Shown here in pieces: positions 29,275-38,632 of a stretch of DNA of 64,000 bases. How positions within the stretch are numbered: position 1 is the stretch's first letter; every line of letters starts with the position of its first letter. The translations under genes and the position numbers were made by a program. The notes beneath the pieces are model-generated. The model did not search any database. It was not told where the DNA came from and saw nothing but the letters and a program-made list of their open reading frames with translations. Source of the DNA: Nitrospira sp. (lineage in GTDB: Bacteria > Nitrospirota > Nitrospiria > Nitrospirales > Nitrospiraceae); contig AP038806.1 in the NCBI GenBank assembly GCA_047150005.1, forward strand, positions 1,280,001 through 1,344,000, read 5' to 3'.

Positions 29275-32200
29275 TCAGCGCATCACGGAAGACACAGGAC
29301 CGATCCGAGGCGGAGTCTCGGCGTCGGCCTGCTTGACCCCTGGACGAATGCTCGATAGGCCTTTGATCCGTTGGTCGCCGGCCGGGAGCACGCGCAGATA
29401 GCCCCATTGCCCGGACTGCGAATAGGGCAGCCGTTGATTGCTCCAGACATAATCGCCCGGCATCCGGAATGGGCCTCCGGCGCTGGGGAGGAAGGCATCC
29501 AGGGTCTCAGACCCCGAGAACTCCACCACGCTGATCATGTCGGCTCCGCGCATGAAGGGCTCGATCGGCCATTCATGACGTTCGACGCTGAACATGCCGT
29601 TCTGCTCGTTGCTTGCCCCAAACACATGGATCCGCACCGGATCTCCGGCATGCGCCTCGATGATCGGAGTCGCAGGATCCTCCGGCTTGTCCACAACGCA
29701 GGGCTGGAACACCTTACCCAGACTGCAGCCGGTATCCTGGCGGAACCTATAGGGTTCCGCACGGTAGTTGACGGCGGTCAGGCCCGCCGTGTTCTGCACG
29801 TAGGGCATGAAGCTCGTCCCGATGATATTGTCCTCGTCTTGGAAGAACAGTGCCACATCGCGATAGTTGACGCGATTCTCATACCCCTGAATGGTCCGGT
29901 CTACGATGACATCGGCCACCCAGCTGTTCTTGGTCGAGATATCTGCGCCGGTCTTGGGATCCCGGTACTGGGCGCCCTTCGGACCGATCACCACCGCTCC
30001 ATAGAGCCCGCTCCGAGGATTGAGCATCACATTGCCCCAATCCCATACCAGCGAGGCAGTTTCTCCGAGAAACGGATCCGCGTAATAGGTGTACGTGCGG
30101 TTCTCTCCGGGCGCCACCGTCTGCTCGCCGGGATTGTTCCCGACGTTCGCCCCGAGCGAATCCTTGGGGTCGAATGCCAAACCGATGGCGGAGAACGAGG
30201 CTCGACCCTCTTTCATCCGGTTGGTCAGCTTGATTTTGAGACAGTCTCCGACATTGGCCCGCAGCGTCAGCGGCATCGGCTGCAGCCCGCTGCCCACCCT
30301 GGCGACTTCCTCCTCCAGCGCGTAGATCTTCGCGTTGGGGTTCACCATTTGGATCGTCCGTTCGAAGTCCACCTCGATCACATCGGGAGCCCTTGGATTC
30401 AGCTTCATCGAGGGATAATCCATCGCCACGACGTTGAAGCTCTTCACCGGAGCGTCCGCCGGACAGATCGGAAGCGGCTGCGGAATGTTGTTCCTGCGGC
30501 TGTAGCCGGCCGGCAGTTTCTGCAGGTCCGGCGCTTCCTTGTCCAGCACCCGCATGATGCTCCACGCACCCTCCGAGAACTTGGAAGTGCGGCCGTTGAA
30601 GTGGATGTAATCCCCCGGCTGGAGCCGCGGGCCGCCGGCTTGCGGCACCACGAGATCGTAGCGCTCGGCAATGCCGATGTGGATCGAGTTCTTCCGGTTC
30701 GCATCGCCCGCATAGCGTTCGGTCAGATAGGTATGACCGGACAGCGTCCAGACCATCGTTTCGTTCGCCATGGTCTGAAGCAGCCGGAACACCACCGTGT
30801 CACCCAAGTACGCTCGCACCATCGGCGTGTAGGGATCGCCGTGAACGGCGCTGCTGAACAGCTTGGACGGATCCGGATTGACTACCAGGCGGCTGGAGAT
30901 GGGCTCTGCCTTGAAATTCAATCCGCCTCCCGTCGTATGGGTTCCGCCGTTGAGGAACGGCATCGGCGTCATTGGGATCTTCTCCGGCATCGGGAACGAC
31001 ACGGTCTTCCCGGCTTCCAGTGCCACCTCGATGGGCTGCCCGGGAGGATTGCCCGCCGTGACAATGTTCACCGTATGCGGCACGGTGTCGTTGAGCTGCA
31101 CCAGCAACTCGCGGAAGCTGCCGTTGACTCCGTAGCCCACCGGTTCGGCGGTCCGGATGTCGGCCAACGGTCCGCTTCGGATCTGCTTGCCTGTCTTCGG
31201 ATCATGATACGTCGAACCCACGGGCTCAATGATGATGGTTCCGAATCCTCCGTGCGGCCAGGTCACCCGACCCAACGCGTGATCGTGCCAGAAGACCGTT
31301 CCCACATCGGAGTCCACCCAGAACCGCTGGCGGACGAACTCGACCGTCACGATATCATTCACCGGATGGTCGTTCTTCAAGGGTCGATACAACGTGATCT
31401 GGTTCCCCTTGATGGACTTCACGCGTCCGATTTCGTTGCCTCCGACATTGTCCGCACCGATCAGGAGCTCCACGTTCGGGTGGTACTGCGCGGCGTTCTT
31501 GAGCGTGATCACCCGCTCGCCCTTCTTGGCGGCCTTGGTGAACGTCGTGTTCATCGGCAGCGGCAGGCCCTTGTTGACCTTTTTCTGCAGCATCGTGAAC
31601 GGACGCACCGACTGCTCATACGAGAATCCGGTGATCACGCCGTCCGACGATTGGTTGTCGAACTGAAGGAAATGCCAATGCGTGTTGATCTTCGACGAGT
31701 GGAAGTTGATATGGTCGTCGTCTTCCCACTCGCTGGTCAGCATCCAATCGATACAGTCATAAATATTCGCCCGCACGACGAGCGGATACTTGATGGCGCT
31801 TTTCCGGACCTGAGCCTCTTCCTCGTGCAACACATAGATCAGGCCGTCCTTGTCCTCGATCGCCGGCGTGTCGCCTTGCTTGTCGGCGAGCGTCATCGGC
31901 GTCTGGATGAAATGCACGTTGTATTTCTTGGAGCCCGCGTTCTCCGGGCACATGCTCCAGCGCCCGTTCTCCCCCGGCTTCGCCGGATAGGAACTCGGCA
32001 ATCCATCGTCATCAAGATGGATCATGTCCAGCCAGGGAGATGGATTGTGGTTCTGCGAGAAGGGCACGCGCCGGCCGAAGTGCGGCTTCAAGTGCGGCCA
32101 CGCAACTTTACCGGTTGCGCTCTCGAACAGAATCGGCAGGCGCTTGCCCGGAGCCGTGGATTTATACCGTGGATTCTCCACGGTATTCTCACGCTCGGTC

Positions 32201-34098
32201 ATCGCACGCTCGCCCTGCCAGGCCCAATCCAGCACGCTGGCATCGTAGGAGCTGGTCTGAGCCCGCTCGTCGTCCTTGTGGCCCGGCTGCCCCTGCGGAG
32301 GCAACTGCATGCTGACCCAGTCCTTCACATTGACGACGGCAGGCGAAGCCTTCCAATCCGACTTCCCATCCTTGACGATGGTGAACTCCTTGCCGAACCA
32401 GTCCACCGTGCGACCGATGAGCTGATCCGACGTCACACCGGGCTGGATGCGACCCATGCGGTCCGGGAGTTCCCGAAGGGCCGGCATCACGTCATTGTGG
32501 ACATCCCCTTGTTGCAGGGTGTTATAGACACGCCAATACCCCCACATGCCGGCGATGTAATGGTGCGCGACGTGACAGTGGAACAGGAAATCACCGGCCA
32601 GCTGCTGACAGAGGCCCGAGCCGCACTCCGTTTCCAGATCCATCGTCTCGGACGGACCGATGACTTCCACGTCGACGCGGTCGGACTTGGTCCGGATCAC
32701 GGGATACTTGACCGGCCCGTTCTTGGCCGTATGCCACAAGGGCATTTCGTCGATCGCGCGCGGGCTACGCGGCCAGCGGATCGAGCCGCCGTGCGGATGA
32801 TGGGAGTGAAACACCTCCGACCCCCCGTGCACGAGGCGGAACTTAGCCGGATCACCCAGATAGCTGCGCGGCACGGTGGTCGCGGGATCGCCGAACGTAT
32901 AGGCACTGTAGGCCATGGATTCGTCTTCGAACCCGAAGTACTCGTGTTGCGTCTGCATGTTGTCGACGCCGAACGGCTCGCTGCGATAGTTGAGAGCGCG
33001 GGCGACCGGCCGATACACGTCGGTCAAGGGATCGCGCTGCGGGAGAAAATCGCCCTTCTTGTTCAGCGGCCTGAAGGCTTCATCACCGACTTCGTGATAC
33101 ATCAGGACGAATTCGCGGAAATCCGGTCCCGCGCCGTTCTTGATGATCGCCTGCCATCCGCTCGTCATCGGCGTCGGGGTGCCGCTGCCGATCGGATCCA
33201 GATACTCGGATCCCTTGGGCTCGATCACGAACGTCCCGAACAAGCCCATCACCGTCAATTCGCGATCGTTGCTGTAGGAGTGGAACTGCCGTCCGCCTTC
33301 CTGCTGCGTCGGCGGGATGTACCATTCGAATTCGACGGCCTTGCCCTGGGGAGCAACGCTGTCGGGGTTGGTCGTGGTCGCAGGCTGACCGGTCGACGCA
33401 ATGACCATGCTGGAACCATGGATATTGAGACTGACTTCCTCGCCGCCATCGAGCTGATTGCGGAGCGTCATCTTGACGCAGTCGCCCTGGTTGCCACGGA
33501 TCACGAGCGGCTGGATCCACTGACTCTGCAAGCCGTTCTTGACGGCCCCGGGGTCGTATCCCTCCTTGTCGCGGGCCGTTCGATTGGTGGTTTCCTCTTC
33601 CCGCACTTTGTCGATGTTCTCGGTGAGGACGTACATGTAGCCGGGGTAGTAATCGAGCCACATGTTGAGTGAAATCTCGACGTTGATCGCCGAAATATCA
33701 TACTTTCTGACCGGGGCGGATGCGGGACAGCGCCCGCCCGTCGCAGACACAGGCTCGGCGCCGGAATCGGACATGAGCAGCACATCCTGATTGCCTGCAC
33801 CGTATTGGTGCATCATGTTGACGTTGTTGTAGTAGCCGCTCGTCCGCTGCGCCTCGGCGTCCCGCTCCATCTGCTCCATGACCCGATGATGCTGGCGCTC
33901 CATCATGGCGGCGCGGTCGGGACGGCCTTCCATCGAATCCTCGACGATCGTCTGCCCCTTCAGCCGTTGAGTCCACGCGACGGGCGTCGCCGACTCGGCC
34001 TCCTGATGGGCACCGTGGGTGGATTCGGCCACCGCTTCGTTACCCGCCAGGATCAGGGCCACTGCGCACAGAATCCTTGTCCACGAACGATGCTGCAT
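29275..34098 (-). CDS. Large multidomain multicopper oxidase (MnxG/ceruloplasmin-like)
   Basis: HSHHPHG, HCHVAHHYIAGM, THWHF, WHDH; repeated P(L)xxRAxxGD cupredoxin starts; signal peptide. Start MQHRSW follows AGGAGAG; the frame stays open to 34446. Confidence 0.9.
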   Translation of the reverse strand: MQHRSWTRILCAVALILAGNEAVAESTHGAHQEAESATPVAWTQRLKGQTIVEDSMEGRPDRAAMMERQHHRVMEQMERDAEAQRTSGYYNNVNMMHQYGAGNQDVLLMSDSGAEPVSATGGRCPASAPVRKYDISAINVEISLNMWLDYYPGYMYVLTENIDKVREEETTNRTARDKEGYDPGAVKNGLQSQWIQPLVIRGNQGDCVKMTLRNQLDGGEEVSLNIHGSSMVIASTGQPATTTNPDSVAPQGKAVEFEWYIPPTQQEGGRQFHSYSNDRELTVMGLFGTFVIEPKGSEYLDPIGSGTPTPMTSGWQAIIKNGAGPDFREFVLMYHEVGDEAFRPLNKKGDFLPQRDPLTDVYRPVARALNYRSEPFGVDNMQTQHEYFGFEDESMAYSAYTFGDPATTVPRSYLGDPAKFRLVHGGSEVFHSHHPHGGSIRWPRSPRAIDEMPLWHTAKNGPVKYPVIRTKSDRVDVEVIGPSETMDLETECGSGLCQQLAGDFLFHCHVAHHYIAGMWGYWRVYNTLQQGDVHNDVMPALRELPDRMGRIQPGVTSDQLIGRTVDWFGKEFTIVKDGKSDWKASPAVVNVKDWVSMQLPPQGQPGHKDDERAQTSSYDASVLDWAWQGERAMTERENTVENPRYKSTAPGKRLPILFESATGKVAWPHLKPHFGRRVPFSQNHNPSPWLDMIHLDDDGLPSSYPAKPGENGRWSMCPENAGSKKYNVHFIQTPMTLADKQGDTPAIEDKDGLIYVLHEEEAQVRKSAIKYPLVVRANIYDCIDWMLTSEWEDDDHINFHSSKINTHWHFLQFDNQSSDGVITGFSYEQSVRPFTMLQKKVNKGLPLPMNTTFTKAAKKGERVITLKNAAQYHPNVELLIGADNVGGNEIGRVKSIKGNQITLYRPLKNDHPVNDIVTVEFVRQRFWVDSDVGTVFWHDHALGRVTWPHGGFGTIIIEPVGSTYHDPKTGKQIRSGPLADIRTAEPVGYGVNGSFRELLVQLNDTVPHTVNIVTAGNPPGQPIEVALEAGKTVSFPMPEKIPMTPMPFLNGGTHTTGGGLNFKAEPISSRLVVNPDPSKLFSSAVHGDPYTPMVRAYLGDTVVFRLLQTMANETMVWTLSGHTYLTERYAGDANRKNSIHIGIAERYDLVVPQAGGPRLQPGDYIHFNGRTSKFSEGAWSIMRVLDKEAPDLQKLPAGYSRRNNIPQPLPICPADAPVKSFNVVAMDYPSMKLNPRAPDVIEVDFERTIQMVNPNAKIYALEEEVARVGSGLQPMPLTLRANVGDCLKIKLTNRMKEGRASFSAIGLAFDPKDSLGANVGNNPGEQTVAPGENRTYTYYADPFLGETASLVWDWGNVMLNPRSGLYGAVVIGPKGAQYRDPKTGADISTKNSWVADVIVDRTIQGYENRVNYRDVALFFQDEDNIIGTSFMPYVQNTAGLTAVNYRAEPYRFRQDTGCSLGKVFQPCVVDKPEDPATPIIEAHAGDPVRIHVFGASNEQNGMFSVERHEWPIEPFMRGADMISVVEFSGSETLDAFLPSAGGPFRMPGDYVWSNQRLPYSQSGQWGYLRVLPAGDQRIKGLSSIRPGVKQADAETPPRIGPVSSVMR

Positions 34099-34557
34099 AC
34101 CTCTCCTCTGCATTATGATTCCCCTCTCAAGAGTGTGGATCACACATCTGGCCGAAATGGCCCACAATTCCGTTCTATCGGTCGGCTGCGCCCGTCCAGG
34201 CCACATCGCGGTCTTGCGGTCTTGTGGCGGCGGCAGAGCCTCGAAACTGGTCTTTGGCATCTCCTCGTTGGAGACATGGATGAAGCCCAAGGCCCCGGTC
34301 AACGCGTCCTGCAACGAATGCGTCACCGCGTAACTCGCCTGGGCGCAGAAGAGTCCGACCGCCGACAACGTCAAGAGGGACCTGACGAACCGCTCCATCC
34401 GTCCTTGCGCGCTCGCCGAAAAATAGGCCCTGCCCTTGTCGGACAAACGGACCGCGTAACCTTGTGTCGCTCATGGCGTTCCCTAATTCCTGATCAGTGA
34501 TGGATCGCTCACCCGAGAACGGCGGAGGTTGCACCCACACCACCGGTGCGTACTACG

Positions 34558-34575
34558 AAGCAACAGATGTGCCGA
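34558..34575 (-). promoter_or_regulatory. Sigma54 (-24/-12) promoter of the multicopper oxidase
   Basis: TCGGCACATCTGTTGCTT, exact GG-N10-GC spacing. Confidence 0.75.
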
Positions 34576-34655
34576 AGGTACAGACGGGAAACTGATCCCA
34601 AAGGCCTAATGATATTCACAGGAAAGAGCGGCTGGTGTCGCCGGTGGGTCTGAGA

Positions 34656-34704
34656 TCGCGAGATGGTTGCGCGAGATTTAGCGGTGATCCGCGATATGTC
34701 GCGA
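34656..34704. promoter_or_regulatory. Candidate enhancer (UAS) for a sigma54 activator
   Basis: GCGATATGTCGC (34691-34702), GCGAGATTTAGC (34671-34682) and a further GCGAGAT half-site. Confidence 0.55.
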
Positions 34705-34715
34705 GTCCGCGCCGG

Positions 34716-36242
34716 TTAGGCCACTGGAAAATTCACAGGCCGTCTGAGTCCCAATTTCTTCATGCGGCTTCGGAGGGTGCTGGGATTCATCCCAAGCTGA
34801 GCTGCAGCTCCGTACGTTCCGTAGATCCGCCAATGCGCCGACTCCAGCACACGCTGAATGTGGCGACGTTCGACGTCGACAAGGTTGGACGTCGATTCGG
34901 CCACTGCGTTTCCAGCCGCCAGGGCCTGGGGTTCGATACTCACGACCGGCGACCGCGCCAAGATCACGGCTCGCTCGATCACATTCTGCAGCTCGCGCAC
35001 GTTGCCGGGCCAGGAGTAACTCGTGAGTCGCGACATCGATTCCGCGCTCAGCTCCAGCATCGGACGTTTCAACTTTGCTCGATAGGCTTCCAGAAAATGC
35101 CGCGCGAGGAGCGGGATGTCTTCGCGCCGTTCCCGCAAGGGAGGCAGATTGATGGGAAACACGTGGAGGCGATAGTACAAGTCCTGGCGGAACCGTCCTT
35201 CATTGACGGCCGCGACCAGATCCGAGTTCGTCGCAGCGACGATGCGGACGTCGACGGGAATAGGGCGCGTGCCGCCGACGCGGTCCACCAACCCGTCCTC
35301 CAGCACCCGCAGCAACTTCGCCTGAGCTTCAAGCGGCATCTCGCCGATTTCGTCGAGAAACAGCGTGCCGCCGTTGGCCAGTTCGAACCGGCCCGCTCGC
35401 CGTTGGTCCGCTCCGGTGAATGCACCGCGCTCGTGGCCGAAGAGCTCGCTTTCGACCAAACCCATCGGAAGCGCCGCGCAATTGACACGGACGAACGGCT
35501 TGTCTCGGCGGCTGCTCAATTCGTGGATGGCCCGCGCCATGAGTTCCTTGCCGGTACCCGTTTCGCCGGTGACCAGCACCGTAGTCCCTGTCGGGCCGAC
35601 GGCCTCCGCCTGCATCAGCGCAGTTCGGAACGCCGCGCTCAGTCCGACCATTGCGCCGAAGTTGTGCGTGAGCTTCAGCTCCTCGACCAAATACTCATTT
35701 TCGCGGGCCAGTTGGTGCCGCAGGCGATCGATCTGTTCGTAGGCCTGGACGTGGTCGATCGCGTAGGCGATCTGGATGGCGACGAGCTGAAGAAATTCCA
35801 GATCGGTGGGGTCAGGATCCCCGCACTCCACGCTGCCGATGTTCAATGTCCCGATACAGGCATTGCCCACCATCAGCGGCGAATTGATCATACGGCCCAA
35901 TCCCTCGCGCACGTAGTACTCGTCCTCGAGAAACAGCCGTTGCCGGCGGAGATCCGGACGAACATGGATCGTCCGATTCTCGTGCACCCACCCGACGGCG
36001 CTTCCGACCTTGGGAATGACCGCGTCACGCGGCAGCTCCCGATGCGGCAAGGTCGTTTCCACCGCATAGAATCTGAACGAATCGCTGTCCGGATTGTACA
36101 GGGTGACGCCGGCCCGCTCCCACGGAAGGACTTTTCTGATCTGCTCCGCGATCGCCCGCCAGAGGCTGTCAGTATCACGCTGGGAATTCAGAACGTTCGT
36201 GACGGCCAGCAATGCGCGATAGCTTTCATCATCGTTCCGCAT
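34716..36242 (-). CDS. Sigma54-dependent activator, GAF-AAA+-HTH (FhlA/NifA-like)
   Basis: GAF domain, [39 protein letters not shown]-terminal HTH. Confidence 0.95.
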   Translation of the reverse strand: MRNDDESYRALLAVTNVLNSQRDTDSLWRAIAEQIRKVLPWERAGVTLYNPDSDSFRFYAVETTLPHRELPRDAVIPKVGSAVGWVHENRTIHVRPDLRRQRLFLEDEYYVREGLGRMINSPLMVGNACIGTLNIGSVECGDPDPTDLEFLQLVAIQIAYAIDHVQAYEQIDRLRHQLARENEYLVEELKLTHNFGAMVGLSAAFRTALMQAEAVGPTGTTVLVTGETGTGKELMARAIHELSSRRDKPFVRVNCAALPMGLVESELFGHERGAFTGADQRRAGRFELANGGTLFLDEIGEMPLEAQAKLLRVLEDGLVDRVGGTRPIPVDVRIVAATNSDLVAAVNEGRFRQDLYYRLHVFPINLPPLRERREDIPLLARHFLEAYRAKLKRPMLELSAESMSRLTSYSWPGNVRELQNVIERAVILARSPVVSIEPQALAAGNAVAESTSNLVDVERRHIQRVLESAHWRIYGTYGAAAQLGMNPSTLRSRMKKLGLRRPVNFPVA

Positions 36243-36428
36243 CCTCGTTCCTCCGCAAATGGAAAGGCTCCCTCAGGAGCCTTATTTGACAGGATACGCG
36301 AGCCCTTCTCTCAATCGCAAGCCGAGGATGACTCACTCCATATATAATATTGTGCGCTTCCGCACAGGACGCTCTTGCCATCGCTTGTTCGGAAATTTGG
36401 TGGCACCGCGGAATCGTACCGATCCCGC

Positions 36429-37073
36429 TTATGTTTCCACACGACGGGGAACGGCAAAAGCTGCCGACAACAGTTTCATGAGGAGCAGGCCGACCAATAC
36501 GGCGCCGGCCTGAGCGGCGATGAGTTGCCACATCGCCTGTCTCCAATATTCGGCTTGAGGCAGATCCGTTTCGCGGAATTCACGCTCGATTTTGGCTTCC
36601 AAATCGTCAAACACGTTGGCAATCGTCTTGGCCAGCGCCACGCCATCACCGCCGCGGAGGTAGTTGAGGACTTCTTGTTCGTGGCCCGACCCAATCTTGA
36701 ACGTCAACTGGCGCTTCGTCTCGATCAACTCGTCAAGCCGCCGCATGAGCACCTGGACACTTCCTTGAAGTGCGGGGGTTGTGCCGGTCAGCTCGGTCAA
36801 CCGGTCCAACGCCCGGGGAATTTCCGCTTCGGCCGCCACCACCGGCACGAGGAACACGCTTTGCCGCATCAACGCGTATCCGCGAAATCCGCTGTCGATA
36901 TCGGTGGCCAATCGCCGGAGCTGCAGGACTTGCACCATGATCGCGTTGCGGAGTTCCTGGGCATCGGAGACTTCGTGCCACTGCTTGAGGATGTAGACTT
37001 GTTCCGCTGCAAAAAACAGCAGGAGGAGGACGCCCGTACAAAGGTACGCCCATACTCTACCCTGTTGTTGCAC
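36429..37073 (-). CDS. Stand-alone CHASE3-domain membrane protein
   Basis: Two TM helices flanking DIDSGFRGYAL...FL.P motif; GTG start with GAAGGA RBS. Confidence 0.75.
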   Translation of the reverse strand: MQQQGRVWAYLCTGVLLLLFFAAEQVYILKQWHEVSDAQELRNAIMVQVLQLRRLATDIDSGFRGYALMRQSVFLVPVVAAEAEIPRALDRLTELTGTTPALQGSVQVLMRRLDELIETKRQLTFKIGSGHEQEVLNYLRGGDGVALAKTIANVFDDLEAKIEREFRETDLPQAEYWRQAMWQLIAAQAGAVLVGLLLMKLLSAAFAVPRRVET

Positions 37074-37148
37074 CGCTCGCTTCCTTCCGATTCGAGGTCA
37101 ATCCGAGCCGTTGCCCCGGCTCGTTGTGGGAAAAGCGGGCCGATAGAC

Positions 37149-37184
37149 GAAGGGCAGAGTCTTGCGATGAAGACTCTGCCCTTC
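37149..37184 (-). terminator. Hairpin downstream of nxrB
   Basis: Perfect 15-bp stem GAAGGGCAGAGTCTT gcgatg AAGACTCTGCCCTTC. Confidence 0.75.
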
Positions 37185-37231
37185 CGCGCTCGACCGCCCG
37201 CGGCCCGGGGCCGCGGGCTCGCCGGGCCGGC

Positions 37232-38521
37232 CTACAGCCAGTTCACCCGTTCGGCGGGTCGGACGTAGATCGGCTCTTCGACCTGAATGCGCGCCACTTC
37301 CTTGCCCGACTTGTTGAAGCCCAGCACGGTATCGTTGTACATCTCGAACCGCTTGCCGTGAATCTGGGTCTCAAACACCTTCGGGCCCGGAATGACGTCA
37401 TACCGGAAGACGATCTGCTGGCTGGCTCTCCACAGCTGGAGCACCGCCAACAACTCCCGGCTCGGCACCAGATACTTCTCAATGGCGTTGTCCACGCCCG
37501 GCCCAAACATCTGCCGGGCATAGCCCCGCGGGCTGTGCCGCGGCGGAATGTAGTAGCCATTGGGCTCCGTGCCCCACTGCGGATACAAGGGCAGCGCCAC
37601 CTGCTCCACCCGAATGGTGTAGTACAGGGGGTGCCACCGATCCTCCGCCCACAGGCCGTCTTCGCCGATGCGCACCAGGCTCTGCATGCGGATCTTGCCC
37701 ACGCACGCCGCCATACAGCGCGTTTCCATCGGCTCGCCGCCCGTCAGCGGGTCCTTGCCCTCGATCCGCGGATAGCACGCAATGCACTTCTCCGACACCC
37801 GGGTCGTCCCCCGGTACATCGGCTTCTTGAACGGACACTGCTCCACGCACTTCTTGTACCCCCGGCAGCGGTTCTGGTCGATCAACACGATGCCGTCCTC
37901 CGGCCGTTTATAGATCGCCTTGCGCGGGCAGGCGGCCAAACAGCCAGGGTAGGTGCAGTGATTACAAATCCGCTGCAGGTAGAAGAAGAACGTCTCGTGC
38001 TCCGGCAGCGAGCTGCCGGACAGCCGCCACGGCTCATCGCGCGAGAACCCCGACCGATCGATGCCCTCCACCAACGAGCGCATCGAGGTCGCCGTGTCCT
38101 CGTAGATGTTCACGAAGCGCCATTCCTGGTCCGTCGGAATGTACCCGATCGCCGCCTGGCCCACCTTGGCCCCCGCGTCGAAAATGGTCATCCCTTCGAA
38201 CACCCCGTAGGGCGCATGGTGCTTGCGGCCCACCCGCACGTTCCACACCTGCCCCCCCGGGTTCACTTGCTCGATCAACTGCGTGATCTTCACGTCGTAG
38301 AACTGCGGATACCCCCCGTACGGCTTGGTCTCCACGTTGTTCCACCACATGTATTCCTGGCCCTTCGAAAACAGCCAGGTCGACTTGTCCGCCATCGAAC
38401 ACGTCTGACACGCCAAACACCGGTTGATATTGAACACAAAGGCAAACTGCCACTTCGGATGCCGCTCCTCATACGGATACAGCATCTTCCGTCCCAGTTG
38501 CCAGTTATAGACTTCTGGCAT
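37232..38521 (-). CDS. nxrB: Nitrite oxidoreductase beta subunit
   Basis: 429 aa, CLACQTCSMADK, YMWWNNVETKP, RICNHCTYPGC, CRGYKKCVEQCP, CIACYPR. Confidence 0.98.
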   Translation of the reverse strand: MPEVYNWQLGRKMLYPYEERHPKWQFAFVFNINRCLACQTCSMADKSTWLFSKGQEYMWWNNVETKPYGGYPQFYDVKITQLIEQVNPGGQVWNVRVGRKHHAPYGVFEGMTIFDAGAKVGQAAIGYIPTDQEWRFVNIYEDTATSMRSLVEGIDRSGFSRDEPWRLSGSSLPEHETFFFYLQRICNHCTYPGCLAACPRKAIYKRPEDGIVLIDQNRCRGYKKCVEQCPFKKPMYRGTTRVSEKCIACYPRIEGKDPLTGGEPMETRCMAACVGKIRMQSLVRIGEDGLWAEDRWHPLYYTIRVEQVALPLYPQWGTEPNGYYIPPRHSPRGYARQMFGPGVDNAIEKYLVPSRELLAVLQLWRASQQIVFRYDVIPGPKVFETQIHGKRFEMYNDTVLGFNKSGKEVARIQVEEPIYVRPAERVNWL

Positions 38522-38535
38522 TGTGAATCCTCCCT

Positions 38536-38631
38536 TTCAGTGCTGAGTGCTCAGTCCTGAGTGCTGAGTGCTTTGGCCAAGGGCCGAGTCCCGCTTCACG
38601 CAGGACTCAGCACTTGTCGCTCAGCACTGAA
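38536..38631. repeat. Heptamer (AGTGCTG)n inverted-repeat element in the nxrA-nxrB spacer
   Basis: Five heptamer units at 38539-38572 and inverted units at 38601-38631; terminal TTCAGTGCTGAG/CTCAGCACTGAA. Confidence 0.85.
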
Positions 38632-38632
38632 G

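Noticed and set aside
29371..33672. 1433-aa plus-strand ORF, and similar long antisense ORFs over nxrA/nxrB, the activator and the MBL gene
   Set aside because: Shadow frames of GC-rich genes: no motifs, and Arg/Gly/His-rich composition typical of antisense reading
37151..37166. Plus-strand GG-N10-GC suggesting an antisense sigma54 promoter into nxrB
   Set aside because: It is one arm of the 15-bp hairpin and lacks the TGGCA context
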